A stretch of DNA of 48,553 bases from Pseudobacteriovorax sp. (lineage in GTDB: Bacteria; Bdellovibrionota_B; Oligoflexia; Oligoflexales; Oligoflexaceae): assembly GCA_050293845.1 (NCBI GenBank), contig JBNKNM010000011.1, positions 16,440-64,992 on the forward strand. The letters run 5' to 3'. A program made the translations under genes and the position numbers. Below, piece after piece: positions 39,320 to 48,123 of the stretch. The first letter of the stretch is position 1; each line of letters opens with the position of its first letter. The notes under the pieces were generated by a model that saw only the letters and a list, made by a program, of their open reading frames with translations, did not search any database and was not told the origin of the DNA.

Positions 39320-39455
39320 TGATTGGCTGGTCAGTCAAGTTTTTTAATTAGCTGCCATTGATTTAGGTGAACGCAGGTACACACTCTCAATACCAAACAT
39401 GGTTTTTAAGGAGCTATCTGTGCAATGGGACCCTATCCTAAGGGTCCCATTTTTT
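39320..39455 (+). ncRNA. Candidate small RNA (about 130 nt)
   Basis: TTGACA at 39294-39299 in AT-rich DNA and a + strand intrinsic terminator at 39424-39455, while both flanking genes are on the minus strand. Confidence 0.4.
39424..39455 (+). terminator. Intrinsic terminator
   Basis: Perfect 11-bp stem aatgggaccct-atccta-agggtcccatt running into a T tract. Confidence 0.8.
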
Positions 39456-39505
39456 AATGTTCAGATCCCAAATATAAATCCTCTGTAGTACGTGGACTAG
39501 AAGGC

Positions 39506-40261
39506 TCACTTCTCAGTCATCTGTGGAGAATTTTGGTGGCCATAGTAAGCAAGTGTTACGGCAATTTCAGCAGCTTGCCGATCCAGTTCTGTTGACTTTG
39601 ACTGGTGGAAATATGCAGAAATTCTCGAAATATAGTAATTTTTGTATAAACCTTCGTAAGTGGCATAGTACACAAGAGGCTGTTGTTTACTCATATACTT
39701 TCGAAAAATCTGGTGTTCTGCATCGAGCTGGGTGTAGTTCATCGTCACCTTTTTACCATCATATTCTTCGTACTTTTGCCAATGGGGTGCATCTTTTGGT
39801 AAGGCTGTGGCGGGAGGGTCAAAGTGTAGGGCTTGCAAAATTTTCTCTACAAAGTGACGCTCGGCATCGGTGAGGTTCTGGTATTGAATTATGTTCTCTT
39901 CGTTCTTAAGCGTCCAATAATTGACAGTTAGGAAATTGTTGAGCTGTTGGGAGTTATCGATAATATTTTTAAAAGTCAGTTTCTTCAAGAAACCTAAAGG
40001 AGTTTGTCGCAGGGTTTGCAACTCTAGTTCTGCTTTTACCTTCCAAGCTTTTTGGGGTGAGGTTTTTTCTACTATTGGCATTTGAATAAAAGAGGTTTTA
40101 TAGATTAAGGTACGTCCAAGAGGTTGTTTCAGGGGCTCTAATAAAATATATTGACTAGGTTTTGCTAACCTTTGATCTTTTGGTAATATATTTGAAATGA
40201 AAAGCAATAGCATTACTTTTGTGAATAAGTTCACAACAAGGAATTCCTTCTTTCGGTTCAC
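39506..40261 (-). CDS. Hypothetical protein with N-terminal membrane anchor or signal
   Basis: 251-aa AT-rich ORF with hydrophobic N-terminus; no recognised motif. Confidence 0.55.
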   Translation of the reverse strand: MNRKKEFLVVNLFTKVMLLLFISNILPKDQRLAKPSQYILLEPLKQPLGRTLIYKTSFIQMPIVEKTSPQKAWKVKAELELQTLRQTPLGFLKKLTFKNIIDNSQQLNNFLTVNYWTLKNEENIIQYQNLTDAERHFVEKILQALHFDPPATALPKDAPHWQKYEEYDGKKVTMNYTQLDAEHQIFRKYMSKQQPLVYYATYEGLYKNYYISRISAYFHQSKSTELDRQAAEIAVTLAYYGHQNSPQMTEK

Positions 40262-40821
40262 TTTTTAAACGTTTCCTGTGCTAATTGTTTGCATGGAGAT
40301 ATTGCTGGAATCTAAGGCAAAAGTGTTCGCAATCAACCCCTCAATAACGACCTTTTCAAAAGTCTTTCTTTAGAGTTGAGGCTGTATGTGCAGAACTTTA
40401 GGGATAGGGCGATAATGCGATCAGCTTAAGTCAAGCCTAGCTCCTGACTTGAGTTTGCTTCTGGGGACGGATTGGCGCTATTAGCGTTAGCGCTGTGGCA
40501 AGTGATTTTAACCAAAAGACATTGCTTTCTGGTCGTCGCGCATTTTCCTCCTTCATCAGCAGGAAGTATGCCAAAATAGTATATGGTAATTTCTGTAGCA
40601 GAATCATACTAATGCGCTAGTTAGATGTAGGTATAAAGTTTGTAAAAAACAAAGGAAAGAATCTATCTGCAGAGAGCAGTATCTTAGGCGCAGAAAAAAG
40701 AATAAAATACTACATACTTGTAATGTATAATTAGGTAAAACCTAACTAGCCCTAATGAATTGCTGAACTTAGCCGAACTTAAGGATAGTATACCCGGTGT
40801 GTATAATTATTTTGGGTACTT

Positions 40822-42090
40822 ATGGCACTCTTAAAATTTGATCGAGACAAATTCCGCAAAAACTTTGAAATCCTTTCAAAAACTTTAGATCAAGCTGAGA
40901 TTTCGTGGGGGGTGGTTACTAAAATACTCTGTGGGCACGAGGCGCTTTTACGGGAAGTGTTGGACCTAGGTCCAAAGCAAGTTATGGACTCCCGAGTAAA
41001 AAACCTTAAGGCTATCAAAAAAATAGCACCCCATGTAGAGACCGTGTACATCAAGCCTCCGGCAAAGCGAAGTATCAAGAGTATCATTCGTTATGCAGAT
41101 ATTAGCTTGAATACCGAATTAGAAACTATACGCTTGCTTTCAGAAGAAGCGATTAGACAGAACAAGGTACACCGTATCATTATTATGATAGAGTTAGGTG
41201 ACCTCCGGGAAGGGGTTTTAGGAGAGAATTTAATTCAATTTTATTCAAAGGTATTTCACTTTAAGGGGATTAAGGTTATTGGTCTAGGAGCTAACCTAAA
41301 CTGTCTCAATGGAGTGATGCCGTCTCAAGATAAGCTTATTCAATTGGCTCTTTATAAAGGTTTGCTTGAGGCAAAATTTAACCAAGAAATAAAGTTGGTA
41401 TCTGGGGGATCGTCTGTAACGCTGCCCTTGTTATCGAAATACAAGTTACCTAAAGCTGTCAATCACTTCCGTATTGGTGAAACTTTATTCTTTGGTAAAA
41501 ATTTATTCACCAATAAAACCTTTAAAGGCATGCATAATGATGTGTTCCAGCTACATTGCGAGGTTATTGAACTTACTGAAAAGCCTTTCACCCCTGTTGG
41601 AGATCTTGGTCTGAACCCATCCGGAGAGGTCAAAGAAGATAACGAAAGTAATTATAAAAAGGTCGGGTTGCGAGCTATAGTTGACGTAGGTTTGCTGGAA
41701 TTAGATCCCAAGTTTATGAAACCTATGGATCCAGGTATTAAAATTCTTGGTGCCAGTTCGGATATGCTTATCCTTGAAATAACTTCCCAAGCTAAAAAAT
41801 ACCGTATTGGGTCGATGATTAAGTTTACGATTGACTATATGGGTGTTCTAGGCCTTATGAATAGTAAGTATATCGATAAGGAAGTAGTTACGAAAGGCCC
41901 AAAAAAAGACAATAGTGACCAAAAAAAAGGAAGCCATTTTCGTCTTCAGTTAGTGCAGCACCCTCCTAGTGATATGGTCATGCAGAGCCGCAATCCCGAA
42001 GGAGTTGATCACCTGCTGGCTAGTAAGAGAAACTATGTATATGAGGACGATATGCAATTCTTTAAACCCAATTTAATCTCGAAATTATAA
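40822..42090 (+). CDS. Alanine/ornithine racemase-family PLP-dependent enzyme (Orr/YhfX-like)
   Basis: GVVTK(34)ILCG, IMIELGDLREG, NLNC, SGGSS, HFRIGE, ILGASSDML. Confidence 0.85.
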   Translation: MALLKFDRDKFRKNFEILSKTLDQAEISWGVVTKILCGHEALLREVLDLGPKQVMDSRVKNLKAIKKIAPHVETVYIKPPAKRSIKSIIRYADISLNTELETIRLLSEEAIRQNKVHRIIIMIELGDLREGVLGENLIQFYSKVFHFKGIKVIGLGANLNCLNGVMPSQDKLIQLALYKGLLEAKFNQEIKLVSGGSSVTLPLLSKYKLPKAVNHFRIGETLFFGKNLFTNKTFKGMHNDVFQLHCEVIELTEKPFTPVGDLGLNPSGEVKEDNESNYKKVGLRAIVDVGLLELDPKFMKPMDPGIKILGASSDMLILEITSQAKKYRIGSMIKFTIDYMGVLGLMNSKYIDKEVVTKGPKKDNSDQKKGSHFRLQLVQHPPSDMVMQSRNPEGVDHLLASKRNYVYEDDMQFFKPNLISKL

Positions 42091-42102
42091 GAGGCCCTCA
42101 AG

Positions 42103-42543
42103 ATGAAAACGACTATTTATAAGGATATTAACGCATTTTCAGAAAAGTTCGAGATCGAAAAAGTAGCGGCATTACTCCATGAAATGCTGAAACCGTTTGA
42201 AGATACAGTCCCGCAGATAGTGACAGGCTTGAAAGATGCTCTTACTGGTCGTGGTTTTGTCTGCTTGGGCCAAGACGAAGAATCGGGAAAAATCATAGCT
42301 ATCTGTACTATTCTTAAAACCGGAATGTCGGCCTATATTCCCGAAAACTTCTTGCTATATGTCGCCGTTGATCCCAAGAATAGGGGTAAAGGATTAGGAA
42401 GAACTATCCTTGAAGAAGCTTTTAGCCATTGTGATGGTGATATAAAACTCCATGTTGAGCATGATAACCCAGCGCAGCGACTTTATGAACGAATTGGTTT
42501 TACAAGTAAATACCGAGAGATGAGACTTTCGCGGCCAAAATAA
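42103..42543 (+). CDS. GNAT-family N-acetyltransferase
   Basis: YVAVDPKNRGKGLGR, LHVEHDNPAQRLYERIGF. Confidence 0.92.
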   Translation: MKTTIYKDINAFSEKFEIEKVAALLHEMLKPFEDTVPQIVTGLKDALTGRGFVCLGQDEESGKIIAICTILKTGMSAYIPENFLLYVAVDPKNRGKGLGRTILEEAFSHCDGDIKLHVEHDNPAQRLYERIGFTSKYREMRLSRPK

Positions 42544-42558
42544 CTAAGGATTTGGTAC

Positions 42559-43707
42559 ATGAAGTCCAGCTCCTATATTGAAATTGATTCACTGAAATAT
42601 CGGAACAATCTAGATTTTATTCATAAGACTGTTGCCAAGAACAGCGAATTATGCCTTGTCGTTAAAGGGAATGCCTATGGGCATGGTTCTCGGGAAATAT
42701 TAAAGCTAGCAAGAAATTACGGCGTAAAGACTTTTGCTGTATTTGACTCCTTAGAAGCTTATCAGATCATCGATCTGATTGGCGACGACTGTCGTTTGAT
42801 CGTGATGGGAGGGGTTGATCAAAGTATTGCTTGGCTGATGGAAAAAGGTTTAGAATTTCATGTCCATGATAAGTCCAACCTTGAAGACGCTATCAAGTTG
42901 AAAGAACGCGGTTTAGGCCCAGCCAAGATCCACCTTGAGCTTGAGACCGGTATGAATCGTTTTGGTATTGATCGCTCCCAGTTTCATGACACCATCAAAC
43001 TCCTCCAAGACCATGCGGATTTATTTGAGATTAAAGGCATATGCACCCACTTGGCTGGAGCCGAGTCGATAAATAATTTTGTGCGGGTGAAAAAACAGAT
43101 TCGCCGGTTTGAAGGAGATATTAAACTATTTAACGAACGTGGCATACCAACTGCTGGAACCAGGCATGTGGCCTGTTCTGCAGCAGCGGTTCGTTTCAAG
43201 AAGACACGCCTAGATATGGTGAGAATAGGAATCCTACAATATGGGTTTTGGCCTAGCCAGGAAACCTTTATTGACTATTCTATGAGTCGACAGCGAAAAG
43301 ATAATCCGTTACAAAGAATTATCAGCTGGAAGAGTCGTGTTGTTACAATCAAGGATGTTCCCATCGGCGATTACGTCGGTTATGGCACGTCGTTCCTGGC
43401 AGAAGCCAATAAGAAAATTGCTATCGTCCCTATTGGTTATGCGAGTGGATTTTCCCGCAACCTAAGCAATCGCGGTAGGGTTCTTATTAGAGGACGGATT
43501 GCCCCTGTTGCGGGCATCGTAAACATGAATGCCATATCGGTCGACATCACAGATATTCCCAGCGTTGATATTGGAGACGAAGTGGTACTCATTGGCAATC
43601 AAGGTGATCAGTCCATATCCGTTTCATCGTTCAGCGATTATAGTGATCAGCTGAATTATGAACTTTTAACCCGTCTTCCCGTAAATATTCCCCGCTTCGT
43701 CGTTTAG
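42559..43707 (+). CDS. alr: Alanine racemase-family enzyme (atypical substrate pocket)
   Basis: VVK(36)GNAYGHG, ETGMNRFG, MVRIGI, catalytic VGYG, GIVNMN, NYELLT. Confidence 0.85.
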   Translation: MKSSSYIEIDSLKYRNNLDFIHKTVAKNSELCLVVKGNAYGHGSREILKLARNYGVKTFAVFDSLEAYQIIDLIGDDCRLIVMGGVDQSIAWLMEKGLEFHVHDKSNLEDAIKLKERGLGPAKIHLELETGMNRFGIDRSQFHDTIKLLQDHADLFEIKGICTHLAGAESINNFVRVKKQIRRFEGDIKLFNERGIPTAGTRHVACSAAAVRFKKTRLDMVRIGILQYGFWPSQETFIDYSMSRQRKDNPLQRIISWKSRVVTIKDVPIGDYVGYGTSFLAEANKKIAIVPIGYASGFSRNLSNRGRVLIRGRIAPVAGIVNMNAISVDITDIPSVDIGDEVVLIGNQGDQSISVSSFSDYSDQLNYELLTRLPVNIPRFVV

Positions 43708-43741
43708 TTTTAATCAAGCAATACATAAAGGCATATGACAA

Positions 43742-45178
43742 ATGAATCTTATCGATGGTGGCATTCTTATTACTTATTTGTTGGCGATGTTGGGGGTTGG
43801 CGTTTATTTCATGCGTAAAAATGAAGGCCTCGATGACTATTTCGTGGGAGGGCGTAAAATGTCCAGTACTCACGTGGGTCTCTCCGTAGTAGCCACCGAT
43901 GTTGGTGGCGGCTTTTCCATCGGATTGGGTGGCTTAGGGTTTGCTATTGGGCTCTCTGGTTCTTGGATGCTGTTCACAGGATTGGTTGGGGCATGGTTTG
44001 CCGCTGTATTTTTGATCCCTAGAGTCAAGAAACTGGAAAAGTCAGTGAAGTTCTATACCTTTCCTCAGATTTTTGGCCATTTTTTTGGCGCTAAGGTTGC
44101 ACTGTTAGCCGCATTAATAACGACGATTGGTTACTTAGGTTTCACAGCCTCGCAACTATTGGCCGGTGCTAAATTAGCCTCTGTGGCCATTGATGGTATA
44201 GATTTAAATACGGCCCTGATTTCCATGGGACTTGTGGCTATTGTATATACAGCTATCGGTGGTATCAAGGCGGTTATTTATACCGACACGATTCAATGGA
44301 TTGTCCTGATGTGTGGCCTCATTTTCGTTGGTATTCCTGTAGCCCATATGGCCGTCGGAGGTTGGGAAGGAGTGCAAGCCGCTGTGGCTCCGGAATTTTT
44401 ATCCTTTAGGAATATTAGCTGGCAGCAGTTTTTGAATTGGTCCATCACTATTATTCCCATTTGGTTTATTGGCATGACCCTTTACCAAAGAATTTACGCC
44501 TGCGAAGATACCAAGCAAGCACAGCGAGCCTGGTTTATCGCCGGGCTTTTGGAATTTCCCATTATTGCTATTGTCGGTGTTTTGCTGGGACTCTACGCAC
44601 GGGTTGGCTTGGAACAGGGTTTGCTGGCGGCAGCTGGATATACAACTGAGACGGAGATGGATGCGGAATTAGGGATGCCATTATTATTGAAAACGGTCCT
44701 GCCCACTGGTTTGATGGGGTTGGTCTTGGCATCATACTTTTCAGCCATTCTATCGACAGCGGATAGCTGCCTGATGGCAGCCTCAGGGAGTGTCGTTAGC
44801 GACTTTATAAAGCCTGAAGGGGAGAAGCAGGCCCTTAAGCTTTCCCAATTTGTGACTCTTTTTTTGGGTATCGTTGCCCTGATCATAGCCTTTGCTTTTG
44901 AGAATGTACTTTCGCTTATGCTTTATTCCTATAGCTTTATGGTGTCAGGACTATTAGTACCGCTGTTTGGAGCCTTGTTTTTTAATCGAACAAGCCCTTT
45001 GGCAGCTACGGTAAGTATGATCACCGGAGGTAGCATTACGATTCTATTCAGCTTACTTGAACCCTTTAAGATTCCCTTTGGACTAGATCCTAACCTTCTA
45101 GGGATTACTGTTTCTGCGGTAGCATTCATAGTACTCAGCAGAAATTCTGAGCAAAGAGGAAATTATGGAACAGCATGA
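43742..45178 (+). CDS. Sodium:solute symporter (SSS) family transporter
   Basis: DYFVGGR, YTAIGGIKAVIYTDTIQ, SAILSTADS; about 13 TM segments. Confidence 0.93.
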   Translation: MNLIDGGILITYLLAMLGVGVYFMRKNEGLDDYFVGGRKMSSTHVGLSVVATDVGGGFSIGLGGLGFAIGLSGSWMLFTGLVGAWFAAVFLIPRVKKLEKSVKFYTFPQIFGHFFGAKVALLAALITTIGYLGFTASQLLAGAKLASVAIDGIDLNTALISMGLVAIVYTAIGGIKAVIYTDTIQWIVLMCGLIFVGIPVAHMAVGGWEGVQAAVAPEFLSFRNISWQQFLNWSITIIPIWFIGMTLYQRIYACEDTKQAQRAWFIAGLLEFPIIAIVGVLLGLYARVGLEQGLLAAAGYTTETEMDAELGMPLLLKTVLPTGLMGLVLASYFSAILSTADSCLMAASGSVVSDFIKPEGEKQALKLSQFVTLFLGIVALIIAFAFENVLSLMLYSYSFMVSGLLVPLFGALFFNRTSPLAATVSMITGGSITILFSLLEPFKIPFGLDPNLLGITVSAVAFIVLSRNSEQRGNYGTA

Positions 45179-46301
45179 TTTGCGGCGTTTGCGGCAACTT
45201 TTACATCAGAATGCTGAGCTATCCCATCAGGAGACAAAGACTCAAAAAAAATTAGAAGATTTTTTAGAGTCCTATAAGCCTAATCAGATCATGAAATTAT
45301 GTAGCGGAAAGTCGCTGCTGGTCACATTTGATTCGCAAAAACCGGGACCCCATATCATGTTTAGGGCAGACCTTGATGCTCTGCCCATTCATGAGAGTAT
45401 TGCATTACCATACAGTTCTCATAATGCCGGGGTGTCCCATAAGTGTGGTCATGATGGACATATGACTCTTGTTGCTAGTTTAGCTTCATGGTGGCAAAGC
45501 AAAGAACGGCGGCAGGGTAAGCTAGGCTTGCTGTTTCAGCATGCCGAGGAGCTTGGAGAAGGAGCCCAGGAGCTTATCACCGATAACCATTTACAGGGCT
45601 GGGGTGCCGACAAAATTTTTGGCTTTCATAACCTTCCTGGTTTTGCTGAAAACACTGTTGTCGTTGCACAAGGGGACACTTTTGCCAGTGCGTCCTGTGG
45701 ATTAAAATTGGAATTTGCAGGGCGGTCGTCCCATGCTGCGGAACCGGAGAAAGCTTTAACACCCATTAAGCTGATGCAGGAATTACTAACCTTTGGGGAG
45801 GACCTCCAAAGATTACCATCATCAACGGACTTCCTACAAATCACTCCTGTGGGGTTTCGCATGGGCGGAGAGAATTATGGGGTGACACCTGGTGATGGAG
45901 AGCTGTATTTCACCCTTAGGTCCTATCGCGATAAGGTCCTCCAACAGGGTCTGGAGCAAATACTTGCTTTAGCAGCTAACTCTGGAAGTAAAATGGGAAT
46001 AACAGTGAAGCACACTATAAAAGAATCTTTTCCAGCTTTAAGTGTTGACCCGGAGTTGTCCAAACTAGTTACGGTTCAGGCAAAGTCCTGTGGCTTTTCG
46101 GTAATGGAATTACCCCCTTTTCGCTGGTCCGAAGACTTCGGACATTTAGCTAATCTGGGGAAGATTTGCTATTTCGGTTTGGGTATCGGAAACCATATAG
46201 CTCCGCTCCACGATCCGCGCTATGATTTTAATGATCAGGTCTTAGAGCCATATCACCGGCTGTTGAGCCATCTGCTTGATAGCTTGTTTGCAAGCTGCTG
46301 A
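45165..46301 (+). CDS. M20D-family amidohydrolase (N-acyl-amino-acid hydrolase-like)
   Basis: RADLDALP, HKCGHDGH, FQHAEE, GFHN, GRSSHAAEP, SEDF, LHDPRYDF. Confidence 0.92.
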   Translation: MEQHDLRRLRQLLHQNAELSHQETKTQKKLEDFLESYKPNQIMKLCSGKSLLVTFDSQKPGPHIMFRADLDALPIHESIALPYSSHNAGVSHKCGHDGHMTLVASLASWWQSKERRQGKLGLLFQHAEELGEGAQELITDNHLQGWGADKIFGFHNLPGFAENTVVVAQGDTFASASCGLKLEFAGRSSHAAEPEKALTPIKLMQELLTFGEDLQRLPSSTDFLQITPVGFRMGGENYGVTPGDGELYFTLRSYRDKVLQQGLEQILALAANSGSKMGITVKHTIKESFPALSVDPELSKLVTVQAKSCGFSVMELPPFRWSEDFGHLANLGKICYFGLGIGNHIAPLHDPRYDFNDQVLEPYHRLLSHLLDSLFASC

Positions 46302-46514
46302 GGTTTTGCACTACTATCAGATGAGCTCTTATGTCATATTGGGAGCGTGTGAATATTGCCGGTAAAGTCCCTGAGGCATTCCATGGACCTCGGGTGGCGT
46401 GTTAGAATATTTCTTTTATCCTTACCAGCTTCTTCCCGATCAAGAAAGCCATTCGTAGCTCAAGAAACTATCTTATCGATTTGAAAAGAATTAGAACACA
46501 TGGAGTTTGTTTTT

Positions 46515-46551
46515 CAAAAAATCTAAGGGGAAGTCACAGCAACCTCCCCTT
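46515..46551 (-). terminator. Intrinsic terminator for the 46562-47278 gene
   Basis: Minus strand aaggggaggt-tgctgtg-acttcccctt (one G:U) followed by agatttttt. Confidence 0.65.
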
Positions 46552-46561
46552 GTTCTCGTGT

Positions 46562-47278
46562 TTATTGGATATCAAGAAAACGATTTAAAGATGTACCGTT
46601 TAAGGTTCTGACATGGAGAAGACCTTCACCATAGAATGGCTCCCTTAGTCCTTTAGTGACTTTGTAATCAATTCCTTGTTCACTGCACGCGGGCCCATCT
46701 ACTAATTCAGCGATAGGTTGTACGACCATAACATCTTCAGGTCCCGTATACACGCGAACTTCTTTCATGACCATGCAGCCAATAAACATATAGGGAAAGC
46801 GACCTTGTAATTGTAGCGCTTGTTTACCTGTTTCGAAATTAACCTCAACTTGTGCATTATCAACAGGTGCATAAAGGAAATCATCAGGAGATTCTGTTGC
46901 ACTTTCTTGTATAGTTAAGCTGTTTTCTACAGTAGGATCAGGATCATAAATAACTTTATAGTCCCCTTGTTCTAAAAGTCCTATATTAACAGATTGAATA
47001 TAAGGGGTTAATGATTCGATACAGTATCTACCTTCATAGTAAAGGCTTGTGGCAGATATATAGATCTCTTTCTTGGCTTCATCTACTTGTGCTTGAACAT
47101 CCCCTTGATGATAACAGGTATTGCGAAAATCGCCGTGAATTACCAACTCTACTTGATCATTATCATCATAACCATTAGGAATAAAAATTTTATCAACATC
47201 GGCGTTTACAGTTATTGGACCTTTAGCATACATTGTTCCGGCGATGAAAAGAGCGACCGTTGTTACAAACAATTTCAT
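46562..47278 (-). CDS. Secreted protein with two tandem Cys-pair beta-rich repeats
   Basis: GGAGG then MKLFVTTVALFIAGTMYA signal peptide; repeats ADVDKI...GDFRNTC...C and APVDNA...GRFPYMFIGC...C. Confidence 0.8.
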   Translation of the reverse strand: MKLFVTTVALFIAGTMYAKGPITVNADVDKIFIPNGYDDNDQVELVIHGDFRNTCYHQGDVQAQVDEAKKEIYISATSLYYEGRYCIESLTPYIQSVNIGLLEQGDYKVIYDPDPTVENSLTIQESATESPDDFLYAPVDNAQVEVNFETGKQALQLQGRFPYMFIGCMVMKEVRVYTGPEDVMVVQPIAELVDGPACSEQGIDYKVTKGLREPFYGEGLLHVRTLNGTSLNRFLDIQ

Positions 47279-47574
47279 TTTAGCCTCCATACTTCTCAAC
47301 AAATAAACGATCCACTTTTGTATAAGCAATTGCTGTTCCAAAAAAACGAGAAGGCTGAAAATGATATAAATAGTGTGATGCTGGCAAAGATTTTCAAATG
47401 GTGGCCCATTACACTCACAAAAATTACCCGATTTGCTGCACTTTGTTCATTTGATCATTCAAAATATATAAACTGCGTTTTTCACCGAGTGAATTCGCTA
47501 ACAAGTTTTGATAATTTGGGCCAGTAACACCAAGCTACATTTATATACGTTAAATTGGTTTACGTCGCAAAGCT

Positions 47575-47765
47575 TTGCTTAGCCACAGAGATGACAGTCA
47601 AATGGACATAATTATGCAGCGAGCGATTAGTTCCAAATAAAAAAGTGAGGTTCAGAGTATTATATCTTGCTCGGTACTATAAATATTGCAGGAAAAGTAG
47701 TAACTGCGGATGCCCTACATACGATAAGTAACTTTGGTCTATACTTAAAATTAAGAGGAGTAGAT
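47575..47765 (+). mobile_element. Degraded ISAs1-family transposase fragment
   Basis: From 47679 the frame reads INIAGKVVTADALHTISNFGLYLKLRG, matching ISAs1 GKVVTADALH; preceded by broken IIMQRAISSK*KSEVQSII (compare QRAVDEKSNEI). Confidence 0.75.
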
Positions 47766-48123
47766 TCACCGCGTAACCAACTTTCTAAGGATTATTAATG
47801 TCGAAGACAACATAGAAAATCTTGGCCTCAGACGATTAGAAAGGATGCGTAGCGCTATCAGCCAGGGTACAGTTAATAACGCCGTGCTTTACCGCTTTGG
47901 GGATATTATCAAAGCTGATGCCATCGATGTTGTGGAGGTTTTGATGCAAGGTGGATTCCATGATTAGGGAACACCGGATGAAAATGCTGTGGGAAAGATT
48001 TTATCCGCGATCCTAGCGGTACAAGATGCTCAGGGTGCAAATGTACCCGTTAGCCAACGACTAGATTATCTTGATAGAGCTGAAGTTAATTTTCAAAAAG
48101 CTCTTAAAGTCATGAGATTCTGA
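47764..48123 (+). pseudogene. Headless gene fragment with one internal TAG
   Basis: Frame ...FLRIINVEDNIENLGLRRLERMRSAISQG...GGFHD*GTPDENAVGKILSAIL...KALKVMRF* with TAG at 47965-47967 and TGA at 48121-48123. Confidence 0.45.

Noticed and set aside
40262..40821. Riboswitch or small ORFs in the leader of the racemase operon
   Set aside because: Short hairpins exist (about 40425-40453 and 40474-40493) along with 11- and 39-codon minus-strand ORFs, but I could not match lysine, glycine, SAM or c-di-GMP riboswitch cores by eye; an Rfam scan is needed
2308..45862. Numerous 60-135 aa ORFs nested in or antisense to recognised genes
   Set aside because: They are shadow frames of well-supported housekeeping CDSs with no independent motifs or RBS
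47087..47527. 146-aa + strand ORF
   Set aside because: It overlaps the well-supported minus-strand secreted gene and its promoter region, with no RBS or motif
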